64,000 nt of DNA, from the NCBI GenBank assembly GCA_041746135.1, contig JBGTHQ010000002.1, forward strand, positions 44,823-108,822. Reading direction: 5' to 3'. The stretch comes from Sphingomonadaceae bacterium. GTDB taxonomy: Bacteria > Pseudomonadota > Alphaproteobacteria > Sphingomonadales > Sphingomonadaceae. A program made the position numbers and the translations under genes. The first letter of the stretch is position 1. The number at the start of each line of letters is the position of its first letter. The notes beneath the pieces were generated by a model that made no database searches, was not told where the DNA came from, and saw nothing but the letters and a program-made list of their open reading frames with translations. Positions 59,767 to 64,000 of the stretch are shown here, one piece after another.

Positions 59767-61247
59767 ACGCAACGCCGCCGCGGGTCGTCGTTCTGGGCGG
59801 CGGCAGCGCGGGGTGGATTACCGCCTGCCTGGTTCACAGGGAGTGGGCCGCGAAAGGCGGAACCGTTACCGTAATCGAAAGCCCGGAAATCGGGATCATC
59901 GGTGTGGGAGAAGGGTCAACTCCACAGCTAAAAGCTTTTTTCGAGCATATCGGGGTAGACGAGGCGGAGTGGATGCCAGCGTGCGACGCGACCTACAAGC
60001 TGGGGATCCGTTTTACGGGATGGAGCGAACGAACCGGTTTTGGCAGCTATTTCCACCCCTTCCCTGGCCCCGTGGATCTTCATACCGAACCCGCTTTCAT
60101 CCATAATTGCACGCTGGCGCGGCGCGGCTTCGACGTTTTCGCGCATCCCGACGGATTTTTTCTGGCCGCCATACTTGCGCAAGACGGCAAGGGTCCGCAT
60201 CCCGGTTCCGGCTTTCCTTTCGCTCCCAGCTATGGCTATCATTTCGATGCGCACAAGCTGGGCGCCTTTCTGCGCGGCCATGCAGTCGCCAAGGGCGTCG
60301 AGCACCGCCAGGCCAAGGTCGAACAGGTGCAGCGACACGAGAATGGCGAGGTTTCGGCGCTGGTGTGTGAGGACGGAACCCGCGTGGAGGGCGATTTTTT
60401 CATCGACTGTTCGGGATTTCGTAGTGTGATAGCGCAGCAAGCGCTGGGCGAACGGTTTATCGGCTTTGGCGACAATCTCTTCAACGATCGCGCGGTCGTC
60501 ATGCCGACCGGTCATGTTGCCCCCTATCGCCCCCAAACCGACGCCGTAGCCATGAAAGCCGGGTGGCGCTGGTCCATTCCGCTGACCAGCCGCATCGGCA
60601 ACGGATATGTCTACAGTTCGGCACATACTTCCGATGAGGATGCCGAAGCCGAACTCCGCCAAGCCTTGGGCATTCAAAATGAGAATACCACCGCCCGTAT
60701 CATTCCCATGAAAGTCGGCCGGGTCGAAAACAGCTGGACCCACAATTGCCTGGCCGCAGGGCTGGCACAGGGCTTTATCGAACCGCTCGAAGCTACAGCC
60801 CTGCATATTGTAATCGCGACGGCGTTGGAATTTCTTCAAGCATTTGAGGATGGCGAATTTTCCGCCCTCCACCGCGATGCGTTCAACGCTCGGGCCGCGG
60901 TGCGGTACGAGGGGATACGTGATTATATCGTCGCGCATTATCGCCTCAACCAGCGTAGTGATACCGAATATTGGCAGGCAAATGCATCAAACCAGCATCT
61001 CTCCAGCGGGTTGAAGGCCATGATAACAGCATGGTTCACCCAGAACGACCTGCGCGTTGCCAATCAATCGACCTACAATGAGCCCCATTATTCAAGTGCC
61101 AGTTGGCACTGCCTTTTTGCCGGATACGGCACATTTCCTCCGTCTAAGAAGATAAAGCCCCTTGCCGCGGAATATGCCGCCATAGATATTGCTTCGATCA
61201 ATCATGTTTTGAATTCGAGCGCCAGCAATTTTGAGAATATCATTTGA
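59763..61247 (+). CDS. Flavin-dependent tryptophan-halogenase-family protein (copy 2)
   Basis: The start is reset to MNATPPRVVVLGGGSAGW. Motifs GWRWSIPL and YKLGIRFTGW. ATGA overlap with the GH97 stop. Confidence 0.85.
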   Translation: MNATPPRVVVLGGGSAGWITACLVHREWAAKGGTVTVIESPEIGIIGVGEGSTPQLKAFFEHIGVDEAEWMPACDATYKLGIRFTGWSERTGFGSYFHPFPGPVDLHTEPAFIHNCTLARRGFDVFAHPDGFFLAAILAQDGKGPHPGSGFPFAPSYGYHFDAHKLGAFLRGHAVAKGVEHRQAKVEQVQRHENGEVSALVCEDGTRVEGDFFIDCSGFRSVIAQQALGERFIGFGDNLFNDRAVVMPTGHVAPYRPQTDAVAMKAGWRWSIPLTSRIGNGYVYSSAHTSDEDAEAELRQALGIQNENTTARIIPMKVGRVENSWTHNCLAAGLAQGFIEPLEATALHIVIATALEFLQAFEDGEFSALHRDAFNARAAVRYEGIRDYIVAHYRLNQRSDTEYWQANASNQHLSSGLKAMITAWFTQNDLRVANQSTYNEPHYSSASWHCLFAGYGTFPPSKKIKPLAAEYAAIDIASINHVLNSSASNFENII

Positions 61248-61720
61248 AACGGCCAGACAGCCTGATTGCAACGGGTAGCATTTTATAGATGGTCATATGA
61301 TAGGGTGCTGCCAAACGCCCAGTAATGTTTTGGCTGGAAATACAATGGCGATCAGCCCGGTTCGAAAAATGGCTGCGCTTTATGGAGTATGCGGCCTTTT
61401 CGAAGTTGAATGCTTGAACGCACTCTGAGACTGGCTTTCCGATTTCTCCAGTTCATTATCGCGGGTTTCGAGAACCATATAAGCCACCAAAATACCGAGA
61501 TCAGCGCATTTAGGGTATAGATGCTGTCTTACTTGGCAAGCCTGAACTGGCGGAGAGATACGGTAGCAATATTAAGAGTTTGATAGTAACTATGCGCTTC
61601 GATCACTTTGCCTGGATGCCGCGCATAGGTGAATTTACAAGATATAACTCTGCTAATGCAACTATTTGATATTGAGTGTGTTAAATAAATACACCTTTTA
61701 TCGCCGATGGAACTTTTAAT

Positions 61721-62989
61721 ATGCGAGATAAATTCTTTTTTAAAAACCTACCCAACAGTCATTTTACACAGCGCGTGAGGAACCGTTTGGTAAAATCCTA
61801 TCGCCGCGGTCCCCGGCATCTCGCTCTAATCGGCAACCATCTCCCCAGAAGATGCGGTATTGCAACGTTTACCGCTGATACGCGGGAAGCCCTGATCGAG
61901 GGTTATCCTGATATGCAGGTGGATACATATGTCATGGACGATCGGGGCAACCTGCAATATCCAGATGCAATTACCGGAATTATTCGTCAAAATATACGCG
62001 AAGAATATCGTGAATGTGCCGCCACGATCAACGCCAGCGGCGCTGATCTCGTTTGGCTTCAGCACGAGTTCGGTATTTTCGGCGGAACCGACGGAAATTT
62101 CATTCTGGAATTGCTGGACCATCTTGAGGTACCGCTTGCAGTCACCTTGCACACGGTTCTGGAAAATCCGAGTCCTGGCCAAAAGGTAGTCATGCAGGCC
62201 TTGCTGAAAAAAGCGTCGTGCGTGATCGTGATGGCGCAAAAAGCGCGTGAAATATTATTGCGATGTTATCATGTGGGAGATGCCCGGATCGAGGTCATTC
62301 TACATGGCATTCCGGACGTAACTTACGTCGAACCCAATACAATGAAATCGAAGTTCGGCCTAGAAGGAAAGAAAGTTGCCCTGACTTTCGGACTCCTGTC
62401 GCACGATAAAGGTATTGGCAGCATGATTGATGCGATGGCAGAAGTCGTCCAACGCGTTCCAGAGGCCGTCTATATCATCTTGGGCGCTACTCATCCGCAT
62501 TTGCTTGCTACCGAAGGCGAAGCGCTACGAGACGGTTTGATGAAAAAAGCCGAGAAACTGGGCATCGCAGAGCATATCCGATGGGTGAATTCGTTTGTCG
62601 ATGTGGATCTGCTGACTCAATATCTCCAGGCCGCCGATGTCTACGTGACGCCCTACCTAAATCCTTTGCAAATCACGTCAGGAACGCTTTCCTATGCGGT
62701 TGGTCTGGGCAAGCCGGTAATATCTACTCCGTATATTCATGCTAAAGAACTACTCGATGACGGCACCGGCATCATCGTACCGATTGGTGATTGCAAGAAA
62801 ATGGCGGATGCGGTCGGCGACTTGCTAACTCACGATACATACAGAGCGCTATTGGCGGAACGAGCATATCTGGTCGGTCGCACGATGACATGGGACTGTT
62901 ATGCCAGAAATGCGGTAGCCCTATTCGATGAAGTTCTTTCCGAAATCGCAAATCCTTCCCTGCCGGTTGAGTTGAGCATCGCGAGTTGA
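61721..62989 (+). CDS. GT4-family (group 1) glycosyltransferase
   Basis: GGTDGNF...; C-terminal ADVYVTPYLNPLQITSGTLSYAVGLGKPVISTP (EX7E-like region). Confidence 0.85.
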   Translation: MRDKFFFKNLPNSHFTQRVRNRLVKSYRRGPRHLALIGNHLPRRCGIATFTADTREALIEGYPDMQVDTYVMDDRGNLQYPDAITGIIRQNIREEYRECAATINASGADLVWLQHEFGIFGGTDGNFILELLDHLEVPLAVTLHTVLENPSPGQKVVMQALLKKASCVIVMAQKAREILLRCYHVGDARIEVILHGIPDVTYVEPNTMKSKFGLEGKKVALTFGLLSHDKGIGSMIDAMAEVVQRVPEAVYIILGATHPHLLATEGEALRDGLMKKAEKLGIAEHIRWVNSFVDVDLLTQYLQAADVYVTPYLNPLQITSGTLSYAVGLGKPVISTPYIHAKELLDDGTGIIVPIGDCKKMADAVGDLLTHDTYRALLAERAYLVGRTMTWDCYARNAVALFDEVLSEIANPSLPVELSIAS

Positions 62990-63003
62990 CCGGTTTTTCA
63001 GCC

Positions 63004-64000
63004 ATGGTGCGCATGACGGATGATACCGGCATGTTGCAGCATAGTATTTTCAATATTCCCGACCGGCATCACGGGTATTCCATCGATGACAATGTCCGCG
63101 CTCTTATTCTGATGAGCACGGCCGAAGACTTGGCTTGCTCAGACCGTACCGCATTCGGAGCGGTTTACGCGGCCTTTATCCAGTCAGCATGGAATGATGA
63201 AACGGCGAGCTTCAGAAATTTCATGGGCTTCGATCGGCACTGGCTGGAGGAATCTGGGTCACCCGACAGCAATGGTCGCACCTTTTGGGCGTTATCCATT
63301 GCCGAACGCCAACATTCCGATCCCCAGATACGGCGGTGGGCCGCGACCTTGATAGACCGAACGATCGGACATTTTTGCGATGTTCGATCGCCCAGAGCGA
63401 TGGCTTTTATATTGCTCGGAGGGCTGAATTTATGCCAGTCGCGCGCCGACCCTGGCAAGGCGCGATATCTGGTCGACCATTATTCCGATCAGTTGCTTTT
63501 CCGGTATAACGAGAGTGCCACGGACACATGGAAATGGTTTGAAACGGTATTGTCATACGATAACTGCCGTATCGCAGAGGCTTTGGTCTATGCCGGCATC
63601 TATCGCGATTCAGACAGGTTGAAACAGACGGCTTCTAATGCGTTATACTGGATTATGGAGCTTCAGCTGTCCCCTGACGGAATGTTCTGTCCAGTCGGGA
63701 CGCAGGGTTTCGGCAAGCAATTCGAAACACCGCACCGATACGACCAGCAACCGTTGGAGGCCCTAGCGGCGATCGAGGGGTGTATCGCCGGGTACACGTT
63801 AAGAACTGATAATTTTTGGCTCAATGCGGGCGAAGCCGCTTTTGCGTGGTTCCAAGGCAAAAACGATCATGGCATTGCCGTAAGCGATCCCAAAAGTGGT
63901 GAGTGCTACGACGGCATTAATCCCGAAGGTGTGAATCTCAACCAAGGCGCCGAATCGGTATTGGCATGGCAAATGGCCACGCGCAAAATACGCACGCTCA
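63004..64000 (+). CDS. Open-ended ORF (332 codons, runs off the window), hypothetical, possibly alpha/alpha-toroid glycosidase-like
   Basis: Hand translation from the ATG at 63004 gives MVRMTDDTGMLQHSIFNIPDRHHGYSIDDNVRALILM... with no stop up to 64000. It is absent from the ORF track because no stop lies inside the window. Confidence 0.6.
   Translation, partial: MVRMTDDTGMLQHSIFNIPDRHHGYSIDDNVRALILMSTAEDLACSDRTAFGAVYAAFIQSAWNDETASFRNFMGFDRHWLEESGSPDSNGRTFWALSIAERQHSDPQIRRWAATLIDRTIGHFCDVRSPRAMAFILLGGLNLCQSRADPGKARYLVDHYSDQLLFRYNESATDTWKWFETVLSYDNCRIAEALVYAGIYRDSDRLKQTASNALYWIMELQLSPDGMFCPVGTQGFGKQFETPHRYDQQPLEALAAIEGCIAGYTLRTDNFWLNAGEAAFAWFQGKNDHGIAVSDPKSGECYDGINPEGVNLNQGAESVLAWQMATRKIRTL

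Overview
This 64-kb chromosomal segment reads like an alphaproteobacterium of the Sphingomonadales type. That is an inference from gene content only: a PEPxxWA-CTERM protein, many TonB-dependent receptors, halogenase-like genes inside a TBDR carbohydrate locus, and a bacterial alternative oxidase. The left ~26 kb is a mosaic of accreted island modules. It opens with the 3' end of a tyrosine integrase. Next comes a visibly AT-rich ~4.4-kb island holding an unannotated 39-codon Cys-rich precursor-like peptide, an M50-type membrane metalloprotease, an unknown protein, and a divergent lipoprotein hydrolase and LpxL-like acyltransferase. A decayed IS remnant follows, then three direct copies (about 5990-6330, 17811-17923, 18975-19331) of an att-like repeat carrying the 3' half of a tRNA-Thr(CGU)-like gene. 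Between the copies lie a nitrosative/hypoxic-stress module (qNor relic, Crp/Fnr, DUF1971, alternative oxidase, Usp), a Cu(I) P-type ATPase and a PEPxxWA-CTERM protein. The most unusual locus starts right after the third copy. It is a five-gene, overlap-coupled minus-strand operon (19534-24251) with the architecture of a Pseudomonas Fap functional-amyloid secretion system: a coiled-coil plus beta-barrel OMP, a C39 peptidase, a FapE-sized protein and a small secreted protein. Its cargo, however, is a 468-aa hyper-repetitive Asp/Asn/Ser protein, and a PAS-LuxR regulator sits upstream. The right part looks core-like: GFA, DUF2239, amidohydrolase, cusCBAF copper efflux, an MFS transporter, two divergent TonB-dependent receptors with a PepSY protein, and a LacI-linked starch/maltodextrin locus (three GH13, one GH97, a TBDR, an MFS and two flavin-halogenase-like genes). 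It ends with a GT4 glycosyltransferase and an open-ended ORF. I saw no rRNA, intact tRNA or CRISPR array. All family assignments come from motif recognition by eye, and no database search was run.
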